A stretch of 64,000 nucleotides of DNA, from the NCBI GenBank assembly GCA_043228905.1, contig JBHGNT010000009.1:2232001-2296000 (forward strand), in the 5' to 3' direction. Positions 60,401-64,000 of this stretch are shown piece by piece; position 1 is the stretch's first letter; every line of letters begins with the position of its first letter. The DNA comes from Azolla caroliniana (taxonomy: Eukaryota > Plantae > Polypodiophyta). Position numbers and translations under genes: made by a program. The notes beneath the pieces are model-generated. The model saw only the letters and a program-made list of their open reading frames with translations. It had not been told where the DNA came from and did not search any database.

Positions 60401-63253
60401 CAGTTTCCATTCATCACCAGGTCGAAGACAAACAAGGTTGTAAGCTCCTTGTAAGTCTAGTCTTGTGAATTATTTGGCCCCACTGAGACGTTCCAAGAGA
60501 TCTGGAATCAATGGTAGGGCATATCAATTTCGGATCATAACCTTGTTCAACCCTCGATAATCTACGACCAAACATAAAGAGCAATATTTCTTCTTAATGA
60601 AAAGAATAGGAGTGCCGACAGGAGATCGAGAATGTCGAATAAAGCCATTTTCAAGATTCTCAGCAATATATTCTCGGAGAACTTTCAATATAATGGTGAA
60701 AGGTTATAAATTGGTCCCCATGGTGGTTCCTTCTTTGCATGCAAATCAATGGAACAATCATATGGCTGATGATCAGGAAGTGTTGTGGCCTTTACCTTAT
60801 CAAACATATCAGAAAATACTTGACACTTTGATGGTAAATGGACCGCTGAATCTTGTGGGTTTGAAAATGGGGTTATGACCTTTGCAAACATAGACGTGTC
60901 TTCTATTGTAGCTTCTTTACGTAATCTTTCGAGAGAGATAGTTGATATATGTCTTGGTTTTAGCTTTGAGGTTGATGTAGCGAGGAGCTTTGAATTGTTG
61001 TTGTCTCATGAATCTATGATTTCATGTTTCTTCCAATCAATCTTTTGATTATGAAGTTCGAACCAAGGCAACCCAAGAACAATTGGATGTTCAAGACTGC
61101 TTATGATATCGAAAGATATTAAACACAAGCTAAATTTTCGAGAACTACACGAATAGGCTATGATTCTTCAGTAATATCTCATGATGCAAAAGAACCTCCA
61201 TCAATTATTGCTACAAATGTTAGACGAGGAAGCTTATAGAGTATAATTTCTTGTGTTATGACAAAATCCTGATCAATGAAACATGAGTTGGCTCTTGAAT
61301 CCAAGTGCACAGATGCAAGAACTTGATGACAGTTGAACTTGTGCCGTTAAAACTTCACTCACTCGGTTCGATGAAATGGAACCTAAGCTAGGAACAAGTT
61401 CTATATGCTTTGGTTGGTCCAACCAAATGGCTCTGATTTTGGCTAGACTTACTCGTTTAACAAGTCATCTAATTGGCTTAGAACATCAAAATTGTTGGAT
61501 TGAGGGCCGTTGACATGAGTTCTTGGTTTATTGACTTTGACTAGGGAACGTGAATCAAAATTCTCAACAGTACTTACTTGATTTAATTGTCTCTTTGGTC
61601 TATGTGGACAATGTATTGTTATATGTCTTGGACCACCACAATATAGGCAAAGTCAATTTGCTCGATGTCGTTGTTTCTCGACTTTAGACAAAGCACCTCG
61701 ACGATGTGCCACATCAATCTCCATTGGAGTAGGTTCATTAAATGAATTAGGATTAGGAACTTGCATTGGTTCTAAAGCTGGTGAGGCTATTGTTGCAACG
61801 TATGTTTGCTCTGATATTAGGCATGTTGACATTTGTTGGCGCTCAGAACGTCATTCAAACAAATGATTATCGCATCGAACTACGCGACCAATAGCTTCAG
61901 TCAATGATTTATGTTCATCATGAAATGTTAGGAGCAAGTCCTTAACATCATTACGCAAACCATGCCGGAACAAGTCCATCAACACCACTTCATCCCAAGG
62001 GATATCACACGCAAGAAGACGAAAATATGTTGCGTAAGCTCAGGCTAGCCGATCTCCTTGGCACAATCTGCATATCTTGTTTATTGTTGTTCTTACACTA
62101 TCAGTATCACCAAAACTAGCTTGGAATTCATTAATAAAGGTATCAAAGTTATCTAGTATTGGGGACTTCTTCTCTAGCAATGGTGCAAACCATGATAGTG
62201 CGGTTCCTGTCAATAATTTCCCAACTAACCCTCCTCAACTTGCGTCAGTTGGATATCGGTTGGGATTCATATGAATTATAAGGCATACCTGATTTAAGAA
62301 TCCACGAAATTGAGACCTTGTACCATCAAACTTTGTTGGCAAACTAAATTTGAGTTCCTTGAACAAATTCCGAGAGGTTGAAGCTTGTTGTCAAAGAGAT
62401 AACACAATGGCTTCAAGTTGTTGGACATGTTTCGAGAGTTCCTCATGTTGTTGTGCCTTTTCAACACTCACTTGCTGTAAGTTGCCAATAAGTTTTTGAT
62501 TCTCTTGTTCTAATGCGACAAATTTTGTTGTTAGGAGGTCAAGTTCAGATAGAATACACATATACTCTTGTTTACTAACTATCTCCATCGTGAGAAGAAG
62601 ATTTGGCTAGATACTCGGGATTTTTTTTTTGAGTGGATTCCGTTCAAACTGTTGCGACCCAAGCTTCGAAGAAGATGTCGACGTCCAAGAAAAGAAGATA
62701 ATAACAAACATGAAGACAATAACAAGACAAGATGACAAGAATTTGTATTACCGTAAACCAAGATTACAAGGTGTTGAACCGGAATGGTTCAACACTAAGC
62801 AGATCTTTGACTTATATACTATACATAAGATTTGGCTAGATACTCGGGATTTTTTTTTGAGTGGATTCCAGTTCAAACTGTTGCAACCCAAGCTTCGAAG
62901 AAGATGTCGACGTCCAAGAAAAGAAGATAATAACAAACGTGAAGACAATAACAAGACAAGATGACAAGAATTTGTATTACCGTAAACCAAGATTACAAGG
63001 TGTTGAACCGGAATGGTTCAACACTAAGCAGATCTTCGACTTATATACTATACATAAGATTGTGCATGATTGTCATTTGGTATGCCAAGTGGCCCGCCAT
63101 TTGGCGATCATCTATTGTGTCTACTCCATAGTTCTTGAATAGTAATAATATGAAAATACATTTGTTCATTAAGATAAGTTGTTGTAATGGTTAGAGTGTA
63201 AGACCCTTGTTATAGGTCACAAGTTCAAATCTTGATATTGACATTTTGTGATA
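57443..63253 (-). mobile_element. Full-length decayed Ty3/Gypsy chromovirus (Tcn1/Tf1-like): 3' LTR 57443-57820, 5' LTR 62879-63253, partial LTR duplicate from 62650
   Basis: TSD CCTGA/CTTGA and PPT at 57821-57834. Gag PTKFDG...PTPMEID...[28 protein letters not shown]...IYLDN, RNase H EADASDFALG...[10 protein letters not shown], integrase SDRGPQF...DGQTER and group-I chromodomain YEVEAILDS...YYLVDWLGY...TWEP. Many lesions. Confidence 0.95.
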
Positions 63254-64000
63254 CTTGATGATGATTGACAAAGTTTGGAAGTAGACACGAAGACTTAAGA
63301 AAACAAAATGGATTTATATGTACTTACATGACACTACCATTCGCTCATCTAATAGTCATTGGACTTTAACTAGCTTTGGGTGTTTCGTGTTGGCTCCCTC
63401 ATAATCTTTGAAGCATGGGGTTAAGGTGTCCCAAGTCCTCTAAAAATCATGTAGCAATGTGTTGAATTCATGGAATTGGACATTCGTACCATGTGATTAG
63501 AACAATTAAGATATCTCTATGCTTGAAGATTTAAGAGTCATAAATACCTATTAGTCTCTCAATTTACCACAATTGACCAATGTCAAAATTTTCACGTTTT
63601 TGATATGATACAAAGAAGTTTGACAATTTTAAACCACTTTTTGAGGTTTGTCATGAATGACTAAAATATCGGGCATTGGTGCCAAACACTTTGGAGGAGC
63701 CATGTTTTTGTGGTTTTGGTTGAAGTGTTGATAAAGTCCCGATAGAACTTCAACGACATGAAGAATCAAAAGTTCAACTAGTGCACAAAGGAACGAGCAC
63801 ATATTCCTCAATAATGGAGTTCAAAAACATTATACCAATGTTCTTCTTTGACAACAAATGTGGGACAATAGATGAGACCATCATATCAAAGGAACTATTG
63901 TGACAAGGATGCATGATTTGGTAGTACAATTCATGTACTAAGAACCTTCAACATTTGCCACATTGACATGGGCTAGGTTGGAATTTTATTTAGGCATTTG

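Overview
Eukaryotic land-plant nuclear DNA with GT-AG introns, microsatellites and nested retroelements. The TE spectrum (a Tcn1-type chromovirus, RTE-like LINEs, TE-filled giant introns) suggests a non-seed plant such as a fern; this is inference. Three host genes are supported: (1) the 3' part of a glucose/ribitol-dehydrogenase-type SDR (1-1778, +); (2) a complete 7-exon, 351-aa lpxC spread over 17.8 kb (34626-52424, -), whose 11.4-kb intron 4 holds a Copia nested in a Copia; (3) a single-exon secreted Gly-rich protein whose 8-Cys motif is split by a low-complexity insert (55567-56418, +). Most of the rest is decayed TE. It includes a 12.5-23.6 kb Ty3/Gypsy nest with tRNA-Arg- and tRNA-Trp-primed families, the latter with a -1 frameshift signal between PR and RT. 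There are also two solo LTRs, a 5'-truncated LINE sitting in a (GA)n tract, and a full-length decayed chromovirus (57443-63253) with a Tf1-like self-priming signal. The most intriguing pattern is antisense tRNA-like Pol III modules (A box plus B box) inside the LTRs of two unrelated Gypsy families. All coordinates were read by eye and no database search was run.
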